IMG/VR virus record: IMGVR_UViG_3300034093_001947
Strand: one strand, 5' to 3'
Source: a virus
Lineage: Duplodnaviria > Heunggongvirae > Uroviricota > Caudoviricetes
DNA: 64,000 nucleotides
Shown here: one piece after another, positions 28,096 through 38,174 of the stretch
Layout of the letters: every line of letters begins with the position of its first letter
Numbering within the stretch: position 1 is the stretch's first letter
Notes under the pieces: model-generated
Databases searched by the model: none
What the model saw: only the letters and a program-made list of their open reading frames with translations
What the model was told of the DNA's origin: nothing
Translations under genes and position numbers: made by a program

Positions 28096-28099
28096 CCAA

Positions 28100-30277
28100 A
28101 TGATTCTTAACAATGCTCCACAACACGAAGCCATTGTTTCTAACGTGTCAGAAATTGGCGAGTTCCGTATTCGAAACAGTGCCAAAGCATTCTCTATTTT
28201 GAGTTCGGGCTTGTATGCTAACAAGGTCCGTGCTATTATCCGTGAATTGAGTTGTAATGCGGTGGACAGCCATGCAGCCGCAGGTTGCAAAGATACTCCC
28301 TTTGATGTGCATCTTCCAAATGCCTTGGAACCGCACTTTGCTATTCGCGACTACGGAACAGGACTATCACATGAACAAGTTACACAAATCTACACCACTT
28401 ACTTCGAAAGTACCAAAACAAACTCCAACGAGTTTATCGGAGCTCTTGGATTGGGATCTAAAAGCCCGTTTAGCTACACTGACAATTTTACAGTCACCGC
28501 TATCCAAGCCGGACGCAAAGGCATTTACTCGGCCTTTATCAACGCACAAGGGGTTCCGAGTATTGCCCTGATGATGATGGAAGTTACTGACGAGCCAGCA
28601 GGTGTTGAAGTTAAGTTCTCTGTTAATGAACGTTATGACTTTGACAAGTTCCGTCAAGAGGCTCGAGTTGTCTACAAACACTTTGCTCTGCGTCCGGTTG
28701 TTTCGGGCAGTGCTGATTTCCAGTTTGTTGATGCTGAATACGAAAGCCGCGACATTGTTCCGGGTGTGCATAGTTTCAAGAACGGCAATCACAGTGCAGC
28801 CATTATGGGCAATATTGCTTACCCTATCGAAGTGCCTAACGCTGACAGTTCTATTCCGCCCGAGTTGAAGCAGTTGTTGGGTTGCGGTTTGGAAATGCAC
28901 TTTGGTATTGGCGAACTGGACTTCCAAGCCAGCCGTGAAGGATTGAGTTACATTCCATCAACTGTTGCGGCTATCAAGGCCAAACTGGAACAGGTCAATG
29001 CGGCATTAGCAGTTGTGATTGCCAAAGAAGCAGATGCTATTGAGAACCTGTGGGACCGTGCTGTGTTTCTGTACAAGAAGAAAGAGCACCGTTTGTGGAC
29101 TGCGGCTGTGAGCAAGTATGCACAGGATACCAAACTGCCTACTTACGATGAACTGCAATACAACCGTTTGAAGAAGTTCAATTTTAAAGTTGAAGACCTT
29201 GCTACAAACTGGAACATTCAGATCCGTCAACTGCAACAAGTTCGTCATAACAAGACTGTGAGCAATGGTAAGAGTGTTACTGAGTATGCAGACAATCGTG
29301 CTAAAAATGCCAACGGGCATTACATCACTTGGCAAGAATGGCAGATCCCTGTAGATGACACTTGCCACTTTGTTGTCAACGACTTGAAGACCGGTGCAGG
29401 CGAACGTGCTCGTTACCACTACAAAGAAACTGGTTGCGATGTGTACAGCCGTGCTATCTGGATCTTGGAAAAGGTAGACAAGACCAAGGCAATGAATACT
29501 CAAGCATTCTTTGCCGCAATCCAAGAACCTCCTACTGCTCGCCGCTTTGCCGCAAGTACCTTGAAGCAACGTGAGCGTGAGAACATGGGACGGAACGTTA
29601 CCATCCTCAAGTTAGAACGTCGAGGAGGCGGTGGCCATCGTCGTGATGAGCAGGATATGGTTTGGCGTGCCGCTGGTGATACTAGCAAGTTTGTTAGTAC
29701 AGAGACCTACTACTATGTGCCATTGAGCGGCTTCACAATGCTGAGTGCCAAAGGCTACACTAGTGGTAAGGAATTGCACGACGATGTTAAGAGCCTGTCC
29801 GGTTTGTACCACGGTGAGATCTATGGTGTTCGTAAGAGCGACATCGAAGAGATCAAGAAGAAAGCAAACTGGAAGAACTTTGAAGACTATGTTGTGGACC
29901 AGCTGAACGCCAATGACAATTCCAAACTGTTGATGAGTTTGGTTAAGAGCGGGTTGGAAAAGGCTGATGTTATCAACGGTATCCACAATAAGGATGTTTT
30001 GGCAAAAATTGATGCCAATAGTCCTTACGCAAAACTGGTCACAGTGTTTGAAAAGGTTGACAAGTTTCAAGGAAACCGCTACAATATAGATAGACTGTTC
30101 CGTAAGTTTGCTCCTAGTGCCACCCTTAGCCCAGAATCACTTGTGATCAAGTATCAGAAAGAAGTTGACGAAGTGAACAGTCGTTATCCGTTGTTAAGTA
30201 AGTTGAGCACTTACCGCGTAGAGGCAAGCGATATTGCCGAATATGTTAATTTAATCGACCAAAAGAAAGGCATTTAA
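28100..30277 (+). CDS. rIIA: rIIA protector from prophage-induced early lysis
   Basis: N-terminal …[32 protein letters not shown]… and …[24 protein letters not shown]… align with T4 rIIA (…SKAFSITAS…[22 protein letters not shown]…, …[22 protein letters not shown]…). Length is 725 aa, as in T4. Confidence 0.85.
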   Translation: [725 protein letters not shown]

Positions 30278-30278
30278 A

Positions 30279-31367
30279 ATGAGTTATCCATTCCTGATCC
30301 AAGGATCAAACATTGTTGTTGTAATTGGAAATAAGTCACATACTGTTTCCAAAACCCATATTACCTATCAAAAGGTACTAGATGCCATTAAGGCCAGTGA
30401 CTGGGACACAGTTAAAGACATCATCGAACCTAAAAAGGTTGTGTTGAACTACGGTGCTGGCAATGTTACTATCCAGGGTGAGACTCTGTACTGGAAGGGC
30501 GAAGTGCTTAACACTGGTCTTGCTCGACGCATGATTGAAATGTTGCAGGAAGGCTTTCCAATTGAGCCAATGGTTAACTTTATGGAGAACTTGTATGCTA
30601 ACCCTAGCAAACGAGCCGTGACCGAACTGTATGGCTTCTTGGAAAAGAACAACTTGCCAATCACTCCGGATGGCCACTTCCTTGCTTACAAGAAAGTTCG
30701 CGACACATTCATGGACGTACACAGCAACACCATGTTGAACGCACCTGGTTGTGTTGTGGAAATGGAACGTAATGCAGTTGACGACAACAAGGATCAAACC
30801 TGTTCCACTGGCCTGCACTTCTGCGGTATGAGTTACCTGAGTCACTTTGGTGGCGAGCGTACTGTGATTGTTAAGATCAACCCACGCGATGTTGTCAGCA
30901 TTCCAAGTGACTACAACGATGCCAAAGGTCGTGCTTGCCGCTATGAAGTTATTGGCGAGTTGAACGTTGATCCAGACAAGGCTTTTGATCGATCAGTTCA
31001 AAGCGGTGCTAATGGTACTGCTGGTACACGCCAACCTATCTCAGCATTGACTCCGGAAAGTGTTCCTGCAATGGCTGCTCCGGACGTGCGAGTAGGCGAC
31101 AGTGCCTTCAAGAAAGGTTACAGCGATGGTTTTATGAATTTGGACTATCACAATCGTCGTGTTGGCAAGGACTACAACAACTACGACAACGGCTACAATT
31201 TGGGCTGTGAAGATCGTGATGACGGTGCTCCAGAACGTTGGCGTTATCAGGCCAAGGCACCAACTGCTCCGACAGGTTGGATGTTTGCCGACGGTAAGGT
31301 AAGTCCTCCTCCAGGAACTACCTTCACTGCTCAATCCGCACAGTGGCCCTTCCCAACTAAGGACTAA
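30279..31367 (+). CDS. rIIB: rIIB protein
   Basis: …ENLYANPSKRAVTELYGFL… and …KINPRDVVSIPSDYNDAKGRACRYEVIGE… match T4 rIIB blocks; the gene lies immediately downstream of rIIA. Confidence 0.85.
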   Translation: MSYPFLIQGSNIVVVIGNKSHTVSKTHITYQKVLDAIKASDWDTVKDIIEPKKVVLNYGAGNVTIQGETLYWKGEVLNTGLARRMIEMLQEGFPIEPMVNFMENLYANPSKRAVTELYGFLEKNNLPITPDGHFLAYKKVRDTFMDVHSNTMLNAPGCVVEMERNAVDDNKDQTCSTGLHFCGMSYLSHFGGERTVIVKINPRDVVSIPSDYNDAKGRACRYEVIGELNVDPDKAFDRSVQSGANGTAGTRQPISALTPESVPAMAAPDVRVGDSAFKKGYSDGFMNLDYHNRRVGKDYNNYDNGYNLGCEDRDDGAPERWRYQAKAPTAPTGWMFADGKVSPPPGTTFTAQSAQWPFPTKD

Positions 31368-31369
31368 AA

Positions 31370-31546
31370 ATGATTGGAGTAATTTTACTCTTTTTGGTCC
31401 TCGCAGTGCTGATATTTTTTGGCATTCGAGGAGTCCAAAAGATGACAGGGAGTCAGGCATTGTTCTTGACGAAAGCAGGAATGTATGCTATAATTAGTGC
31501 AACAATAGCAATGTTGCTAATGTTTGGAATTGTAATTATTTTTTAA
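31370..31546 (+). CDS. small two-helix membrane protein (58 aa)
   Basis: ATG with an AAGGA RBS; MIGVILLFLVLAVLIFFGI… and a second hydrophobic segment. Confidence 0.4.
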   Translation: MIGVILLFLVLAVLIFFGIRGVQKMTGSQALFLTKAGMYAIISATIAMLLMFGIVIIF

Positions 31547-31643
31547 GGACTTATATGATTAATGATGTGTTGCTTCGGCCACTTTATTTTGTTCTTGGGT
31601 TTAGTGTTTGTTTCTTTCTTTTTACTACTGGAGTTATTTAAAA

Positions 31644-32446
31644 TGAATCGTTTGATTAAATTGGGTTTTGTTATCGCCGCAGTTGCATTGACTTCTGCAT
31701 GTACTCGAATTGAGACTGGTGAGGTCGGTGTTCGAGTTGGTTTCGACAAGCAGGTACAGGCAGGCGAACTGTTGCCAGGTAGCTTTAACCAAAGTCTAAT
31801 TGGTACTATCTTGACGTTCCCTATCAAGGACGTCAATGTCACACTCAATGACATGACCCCTGTGGCCAAAGACAACTCAACAATGAAAGACTTTGATGCT
31901 GTGGTTGTGTATAACATCAACCCTGCTCAGGTAGCAGAGTTGTACTCAACGAAGAACAAGAGTTTCCATGCTGATTTCAAAGGCGACACTTATGTGATGT
32001 ATAACTATATTGTTCAAAATGCTCGTAATGCTATCTACAAGGCAGCACGTAAGTACGAAGCATTGGACATGGCAGACAATCGTGGTGAAATGGAAAACTT
32101 TATCAAAGAAGAAGTTATTCGTAATTTGACAGAAGAAAAGTTGGATGGTTCTATCACCATTAGTCAAGTGCTGATTCGTAACGTAGTACCTGCTGACAGT
32201 GTTGTTGCCAGTGCTAATGAATTAGTCAAATCCAAGAACGAATTGAAGCAGAAGGAAATTGAAGTTAAGACCGCCGAAGCTGAATCGCGTCGTATGGCAG
32301 CATTGGCTAATAACTCAACTAGTTCCATTGCGTTTATGCGGGCACAGGCTGAACTTAATATCTCCGAAGGTATTAAAAACGGCAAGGTACAGACTATTGT
32401 TGTTCCAAGCAATATGACTGCTCTAGGTAACATTAGCGGTCGCTGA
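31644..32446 (+). CDS. SPFH/band-7-like lipoprotein
   Basis: Start at MNRLIKLGFVIAAVALTSAC (lipobox LTSAC), then …GEVGVRVGFDKQV…DFDAVVVYNINPAQVAELY… resembling an SPFH domain. The ORF-track start at 31562 is probably too long. Confidence 0.45.
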
Positions 32447-32462
32447 TTAGATAAAAAGAAGA

Positions 32463-32490
32463 ATAAGGGCCTTGACGGCCCTTTTCTTTT
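32463..32490 (+). terminator. rho-independent terminator
   Basis: Hairpin AAGGGCC-ttgac-GGCCCTT followed by TTCTTTT. Confidence 0.7.
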
Positions 32491-32530
32491 GTGCTACAAT
32501 ATATTTTCATACACTGCTTGAAAGATTTAT
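32491..32530 (+). promoter_or_regulatory. conserved phage promoter motif
   Basis: TGCTACAATatattttcATACACTGCTTGAAAG. Confidence 0.45.
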
Positions 32531-32533
32531 AAA

Positions 32534-32836
32534 ATGTTTGATTGGTTTAAAAATATTGGTCGTCGTGAATATCCTACTGATAGTCGAACTGACATGGAAA
32601 AGATTGGCAACGACATGAGCAAGGTTATTCCATTTCCGGAACTAAAATCAGTACCGCTTGCACCTCCTGAGGAAGAAAAGCCTGCTGTTACATATTACCG
32701 GCTGGGAATGACCAATAACAACAGAGTTAGTTTTGCAATGGGCTATAGTGAAATTACCTTGAACGCAGGCGGCATTGATAATCTAATTAAACAATTGGAA
32801 GTATTCCGCGACCAACTGCAAGAGGAAGACGAATGA
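32534..32836 (+). CDS. hypothetical protein
   Basis: ORF only. Confidence 0.4.
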   Translation: MFDWFKNIGRREYPTDSRTDMEKIGNDMSKVIPFPELKSVPLAPPEEEKPAVTYYRLGMTNNNRVSFAMGYSEITLNAGGIDNLIKQLEVFRDQLQEEDE

Positions 32837-33141
32837 TCAGTTTAAATTTTAACATTCGAAATCCCTGGAGTAACACATTTAAGAATTTGTGGTGTACAAG
32901 TTTTGTCACTCTCTTTAAGAACAAATTTATTGAACTAGAAGTTACTAGAGATTCCACCCTAGTGTCTTTTATGTTTAATTGGACCATTAGGCAAAGTCAC
33001 GCAGGCTTAGATTTAGAAGTCGGCCTGTTTGGATATAATGTACATTTTCAGTTATATGACAATCGCCACTGGAATACAGAAACAGGATGTTGGGTAATGT
33101 ATGACGAAATATCCGGAGAGTCAAATGGGCAATCAAACTGA
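32833..33141 (+). CDS. hypothetical protein
   Basis: ORF only. Confidence 0.35.
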   Translation: MISLNFNIRNPWSNTFKNLWCTSFVTLFKNKFIELEVTRDSTLVSFMFNWTIRQSHAGLDLEVGLFGYNVHFQLYDNRHWNTETGCWVMYDEISGESNGQSN

Positions 33142-33370
33142 TTACTTTAATAAAATTGGATATAAACACACTTATGACATCGGTGATCGTGTCATAGGTA
33201 AATGGCATAAGATTCCATTTGTAGGAACTGTGGGTAACGACCGCTTGATTAATCATATTACTGGTCCAGAAGTAACTATACACTTAGATCTACCCTTTAA
33301 ATATCAAGACAAAATTTATAATTTTATCATTGTAAAGCATAAAGATATTAGGCGGCTTAAAGAGCTATGA
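33101..33370 (+). CDS. hypothetical protein
   Basis: ORF only. Confidence 0.35.
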   Translation: MTKYPESQMGNQTDYFNKIGYKHTYDIGDRVIGKWHKIPFVGTVGNDRLINHITGPEVTIHLDLPFKYQDKIYNFIIVKHKDIRRLKEL

Positions 33371-34062
33371 CATATGAATGGAATGATATATTAATTGTAG
33401 GGGATAGTTTTTGTGCAGACCGCACTGAGAAAAGTGACTGGCCAAATATATTTACATCTTCCCTTACAGGTCAGCTATTTCATCCTACTCTACAAGTTAG
33501 GGGTGAAGGATTCAAGGGTGCAAGCTGGTGGTCGGCTAGGAAAAAACTATTAGTAGAACTAAAACACAGACCTGTAAAAGTTTTGGTTGTTTGTCATACA
33601 GAACCTTACAGAATTCCAAACGATCGAGGACTGGGTATTAATACATTAAGTGTCGAAACTAAGAATATAACAACTCCTCCCGGTGTTGAGAAACCTTCTG
33701 AAAATTTTATCAAAGCAGCCCTTGGGTATTACGAATATATTATATCCGAAAAATATCATCTTTGGGCATACCAACAATGGTTTAATGAAATAGATAAAAT
33801 TGCCGTCGACAATAACATAGAAAAAGTTATACACTTCTTTTGTTTTCGGGGAGACTATAATAATCATACTTTTGCCAGAGGAGTTACTATAGAAACTCCG
33901 TTAATCGATCTGCAACAATATTCAGCATTGTGGAAAAAGAACGATACTAGGAATCACTTTCCACCCTTACAAAATTCAGAGTTCGGTGATAAGTTAGCAG
34001 GTATAATAAAAAACTATCCCGGAGACGGTGTAAGATTAAATATCAAGTTAATAGGAAAATGA
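33367..34062 (+). CDS. SGNH/GDSL-like hydrolase
   Basis: N-terminal ILIVGDSFCAD (GDS block). Confidence 0.4.
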   Translation: MTYEWNDILIVGDSFCADRTEKSDWPNIFTSSLTGQLFHPTLQVRGEGFKGASWWSARKKLLVELKHRPVKVLVVCHTEPYRIPNDRGLGINTLSVETKNITTPPGVEKPSENFIKAALGYYEYIISEKYHLWAYQQWFNEIDKIAVDNNIEKVIHFFCFRGDYNNHTFARGVTIETPLIDLQQYSALWKKNDTRNHFPPLQNSEFGDKLAGIIKNYPGDGVRLNIKLIGK

Positions 34063-34063
34063 A

Positions 34064-34423
34064 ATGACACAACTTAAAGGACTGGTTCCAAAAGGTTGGG
34101 GCTCGGAATTTATCTGGGCCACAAACGACAAGTATTGCGGCAAGTTTATGAACTTTAACGCGGGTGCAAAGTTCAGTATGCACTTCCATAAAGACAAAGA
34201 AGAAACTTGGTATATACAAAGTGGCAAGTTTCTTGTTCGATGGATTGATACTAAGACTGCTGAATTATACGAAAAAGAATTGCGTGATGGTGCAGTATGG
34301 CACAATACACCCTGTATGCCACATCAACTAGAGTGTATCGAAGCCGGAACTGTTATCGAAGTATCCACACCAGACAGCGTGGAAGACAACTACCGTGTAG
34401 GCAAAGGCGACAGTCAAAAATGA
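34064..34423 (+). CDS. cupin-fold protein (sugar epimerase/isomerase-like)
   Basis: …FSMHFHKDKEETWYIQSGKF…WHNTPCMPHQLE… shows cupin His motifs; adjacent to heptose-activating genes. Confidence 0.45.
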   Translation: MTQLKGLVPKGWGSEFIWATNDKYCGKFMNFNAGAKFSMHFHKDKEETWYIQSGKFLVRWIDTKTAELYEKELRDGAVWHNTPCMPHQLECIEAGTVIEVSTPDSVEDNYRVGKGDSQK

Positions 34424-34818
34424 CTCGAGTCATGGTAAATGGTACGTTTGATATTCTGCATCGCGGCCACCTCGAATTATTAAACTTTGCCAGAAGCAAA
34501 GGAGACACTCTACTAGTTGCTATTGATACTGATCGAAGAGTGAAAGAATTAAAAGGCGATGCTCGTCCCATTAACAATCAAGAAGATCGTAAATTTCATT
34601 TAGAAAATCTAAAGGCTGTTGATGGGGTAATGTTATTTGACAGCAAAGAAGAACTAATTGAGATTATGAAGGGTTGGGAGCCTGACATTTATGTAAAGGG
34701 CAGTGACTGGAAATCTAACTCTGGAACTGCACACCAATATTCAAAAGAAGTAATTTATTATGACAGAGTCGGCGAATACTCAACAACCAATATCATACAA
34801 CGTATTGCTGATCGGTGA
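34420..34818 (+). CDS. cytidylyltransferase-fold sugar-phosphate nucleotidyltransferase (HldE domain II / RfaE-like heptose-1-P adenylyltransferase)
   Basis: MVNGTFDILHRGHLELL (HxGH nucleotidyltransferase motif); start moved to the ATG at 34420 (ATGA overlap). Confidence 0.6.
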   Translation: MTRVMVNGTFDILHRGHLELLNFARSKGDTLLVAIDTDRRVKELKGDARPINNQEDRKFHLENLKAVDGVMLFDSKEELIEIMKGWEPDIYVKGSDWKSNSGTAHQYSKEVIYYDRVGEYSTTNIIQRIADR

Positions 34819-35542
34819 TAGTTGTACTGATATCTATAATATAGGTACAGTAGATAGATTGAGCCCGGAGGCTCCTGTACCTGTTGTTAAAATTGTAGAA
34901 ACATTTTCACTGCCTGGTATGAGTGCAAATGTCCATAGTAATTTAGTACATCTAAATATTGAACCAGATTTTATACACAACGAAACTTCTATTACCAAAA
35001 CTAGATTCATAGATAAAAGGTCAGGTCAACATCTGCTTAGAGTTGACGATGAAGATGATGTTGTTCAATGGTCTGGCAGAACTACTGAGCCACTAGAGTC
35101 ATATGATGCTATTGTGATCTCAGATTACAATAAAGGATTCTTAACCTATGAGCACATTGAAAGAATTATAGGGTCGGTAAAATGTCCAGTGTTTATAGAT
35201 ACAAAGAAACAAGACTTGTCAAGATTTAGGGCAGATCATTGCTATGTTAAAATTAACGAAACTGAATACAAAAATAGATTCAGTGTTCCAAAAAATTTAA
35301 TTGTTACATTAGGGGATCGCGGAGCACAATATAAAGATCAATTGTATCCAACTCAGTCAGTTGAAGTCATGGATGTGTGCGGTTGTGGGGATACATTTTT
35401 AGCCGCACTAACTGCTGAATATCTATACACAAAAGATATAGAAAAAGCTATAATATATGCAAACAAGGCGGCTAGTATTACTGTGCAACATCGCGGAAAT
35501 TATTCACCCACTTGTGAAGAAATCTCGAAAATCTCGGGATAA
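34760..35542 (+). CDS. PfkB-family carbohydrate kinase (HldE domain I-like heptose-7-P kinase)
   Basis: N-terminal VLLIGDSCTD and a C-terminal DVCGCGDTFLAAL (ribokinase-family GAGD motif). Confidence 0.6.
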   Translation: MTESANTQQPISYNVLLIGDSCTDIYNIGTVDRLSPEAPVPVVKIVETFSLPGMSANVHSNLVHLNIEPDFIHNETSITKTRFIDKRSGQHLLRVDDEDDVVQWSGRTTEPLESYDAIVISDYNKGFLTYEHIERIIGSVKCPVFIDTKKQDLSRFRADHCYVKINETEYKNRFSVPKNLIVTLGDRGAQYKDQLYPTQSVEVMDVCGCGDTFLAALTAEYLYTKDIEKAIIYANKAASITVQHRGNYSPTCEEISKISG

Positions 35543-35623
35543 ATAAATTTGTAGGACGCCGTTAGGGTTCTACAAATGGGGAATAGTTCCCCACAATGTT
35601 CTTGCTTATTAAGGAGAAAAACA

Positions 35624-36055
35624 ATGAACGCACTTTCACGCTTTGACACAACAGCTCTACAACATCTGAATAGAGCACTTATCGGATTCAATCGTATTTC
35701 AAACGATTTCGAAAACCGACACGTAAATTCCACAACAAACTATCCGCCTTATAATGTCATTCAACGTGACGAAAATAACTTTGAAATCGAAATCGCAGTA
35801 GCAGGTTTTGACAAAGAAGATATTACAGTTGCAGTTGACCAGGATCAATTAATCATCAAAGGTAACCGTACTAAAGATGAAGATTCGGAAAAGTACATTC
35901 ACCGCGGACTGGCTGCTCGTGATTTTGAACGGGCGTTTACGCTTGTAGATCACGTAGAAGTGGGCGATGCTGAGTTGACAAACGGCATTCTTCGTGTTAA
36001 ACTTACACGAGTAGTACCTGAAGCACTCAAGCCTCGTTTGATTGCCATCAAGTAA
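35624..36055 (+). CDS. small heat-shock protein (Hsp20/alpha-crystallin family, IbpA-like)
   Basis: …PPYNVIQRDENNFEIEIAVAGFDKEDITV…LIIKG… alpha-crystallin domain; start set at MNALSRFD. Confidence 0.65.
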   Translation: MNALSRFDTTALQHLNRALIGFNRISNDFENRHVNSTTNYPPYNVIQRDENNFEIEIAVAGFDKEDITVAVDQDQLIIKGNRTKDEDSEKYIHRGLAARDFERAFTLVDHVEVGDAELTNGILRVKLTRVVPEALKPRLIAIK

Positions 36056-36090
36056 GTTCAGGGGCTCCGGCCCCTTTTTAGAAAGTCTAT

Positions 36091-36399
36091 ATGGCAAATA
36101 CCAAAACTAAAGATATTGTTGATATTGAAGAAGATTTTGACATTGTAACACCCGGCATGTACAAAGTGATTGTACTAAATGATGATCACACCCCAATGGA
36201 TTTTGTCATTGCATTATTGATGCATGTGTTTAAGCACAACGAATCTAGTGCAAAAGAAATAACAATGCGAGTACATGAACAGGGTGCAGGTGTTGCCGGT
36301 GTTTATACTTACGAAGTTGCAGAACAAAAAGGTGTAGAAAGCACAATGCTTGCTAGACAAAATGGTTGGCCACTAGCTGTTAGAATCGAAGAAGAATGA
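36091..36399 (+). CDS. clpS: ATP-dependent Clp protease adaptor ClpS
   Basis: …MYKVIVLNDDHTPMDFVIALLMHVFKH…EITMRVHEQGAGVAGVYTYEVAE… is the classic ClpS core. Confidence 0.8.
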   Translation: MANTKTKDIVDIEEDFDIVTPGMYKVIVLNDDHTPMDFVIALLMHVFKHNESSAKEITMRVHEQGAGVAGVYTYEVAEQKGVESTMLARQNGWPLAVRIEEE

Positions 36400-37622
36400 A
36401 ACAATACGCCGTTACTGGAATAGGAATCATTAATGGGCTAGGTGCAAGTGTTCAAGAAAACTGGAAAAATCTGTTAGCAGGAGAAACTGCAATTAAACAG
36501 ATCAAATGGCCTGAAGATAATCCGACAAAATTTCCAAGAACACATAAATCTTTAATTGTCTCTTCTGGAGCACCGTGTCCGTTACCTGCGTTTGAAGAAG
36601 CAGAATTTGGAGGGCATCACCAGTATTGGGATCCGTGTGTTAAAATATCAATGCACACTGCTAGAGATGCTATCAGAGACAGCAATCTTACTAGCAAAAA
36701 TGTTTCAGTAGTGTTTAGTACCACTGGTGGAAGTTTACATAGTAGAGCATACATGATGCGACAACTAGAAGATGGCCGCGAAAGAGTTTCACCAAGGCAG
36801 GTAATACAAGCAACTGCGGATTACATTAGCGGATTGATTGCTAGGATATACGAATGCAACGGTGGTTCAACTTCGATGCACTCTGCATGTTCAACTGGAC
36901 TAACTGGTATTGATTATGCTATTAAGCAACTAGAATTTAATGACGATCTCGATGCTGTCATTGTGGGAGGTGCCGACGTACCCATTGAAGGCTTCCAAGT
37001 ATACTACTTTCAAAATCTCGGTGCATTAAGTTTACAACCAGCAGAAATTGCCAGTAGACCTTTTGACAAAGATAGATCAGGATTTGTAGCAGGAGAAGCT
37101 GCTGGCACACTAATTATCGAACCGTTAGATAAAGCCAAAGCACGGGGTGCAAAGATTTACGGAATAATCAAGTCTGTGGGAATTGCCACAGCTGGTAATA
37201 ATGATACTGCCCCAGATAAAAACGGTGACGCTGCAAAGTTAGCAGTAACCAGAGCAATAAAACAAGCAGGCATACAGTTAGCCGATGTCGGATATATTAA
37301 TGCACACGCTACCGGAACTAAAGTCGGAGATGACATTGAATTTTATGCCATGCGTGAGTTGTTGCCAGGCACAACAATGACGGCAAATAAAGGACAAATT
37401 GGACACACGTTGGCTGCAAGCGGAATTGTTGAAACTATCTACACTGTGTTAGCACTACGAGATCAAATATCACCCCCTACTGTAAATTTAACTAACCCAA
37501 TTGATGTAGGAATCAATATTCCTACCAAGGCCACGGTGATTGCAACTAAGTATGCAATAAAGAACAATTTTGCATTCGGCGGCAGGGCTGCTTGTGCAGT
37601 ATTAGAACGTTACGAGGATTAA
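36396..37622 (+). CDS. beta-ketoacyl-[ACP] synthase (KAS I/II-like condensing enzyme)
   Basis: Active-site Cys block …SMHSACSTGL…, His blocks …INAHATGT… and …GQIGHTLAASG…, and a thiolase fold of about 400 aa. Confidence 0.75.
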   Translation: MKQYAVTGIGIINGLGASVQENWKNLLAGETAIKQIKWPEDNPTKFPRTHKSLIVSSGAPCPLPAFEEAEFGGHHQYWDPCVKISMHTARDAIRDSNLTSKNVSVVFSTTGGSLHSRAYMMRQLEDGRERVSPRQVIQATADYISGLIARIYECNGGSTSMHSACSTGLTGIDYAIKQLEFNDDLDAVIVGGADVPIEGFQVYYFQNLGALSLQPAEIASRPFDKDRSGFVAGEAAGTLIIEPLDKAKARGAKIYGIIKSVGIATAGNNDTAPDKNGDAAKLAVTRAIKQAGIQLADVGYINAHATGTKVGDDIEFYAMRELLPGTTMTANKGQIGHTLAASGIVETIYTVLALRDQISPPTVNLTNPIDVGINIPTKATVIATKYAIKNNFAFGGRAACAVLERYED

Positions 37623-38174
37623 ATGAGTCTTAAAGAATTAACAGCAGAAAATCACGATCGTGCAGAACACACACCTTTTATGAAGGCAGTGTTTGCAAAG
37701 ACATTACCCAGAGAAATATGGACAGACTGGACTTTACAAAAGTCCTTATTTTACGGTGCAATCGAAGGTGCAGCCGGTGCTAACAGATTACTAGGCGACT
37801 TGCCCGATCTGCGTAGAGAATTTTATCTAAACATGGACTACAATGAGATGAACGGGCAAAATCCTCGTCACTCATATCGCCCATTGGTTATTGATTATTA
37901 CAACTATATATTAAGCATCAGTCAAGATCCTAATAAGGTTATGGCACATTTATATGTGTGGCATATGGGAGATATGTTCGGCGGACAAATGATTAAGAAG
38001 ATTGTTCCGGGTCCGCATCGCAATTTAGAATTTGAAGATGCTAACACATTAAAAACTAACATTCGTGCTAAGTTAGATGACAGCATGGGCGACGAAGCCA
38101 ATGTAGCTTTTGAATGGGCTATCAAAATTATGGAGTCATATAACAATGAGCTTGGTCTGGAACAGTCTAATTGA
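37623..38174 (+). CDS. heme oxygenase
   Basis: N-terminal LKELTAENHDRAEHTPFMKAVF matches the HO proximal-helix motif L…T…H…E…FMK. Confidence 0.6.
   Translation: MSLKELTAENHDRAEHTPFMKAVFAKTLPREIWTDWTLQKSLFYGAIEGAAGANRLLGDLPDLRREFYLNMDYNEMNGQNPRHSYRPLVIDYYNYILSISQDPNKVMAHLYVWHMGDMFGGQMIKKIVPGPHRNLEFEDANTLKTNIRAKLDDSMGDEANVAFEWAIKIMESYNNELGLEQSN

Noticed and set aside
28367-30070. Several long minus-strand ORFs (186, 187 and 152 aa) inside the rIIA gene
   Set aside because: They are antisense to a gene with strong homology support (rIIA) and are typical shadow ORFs.
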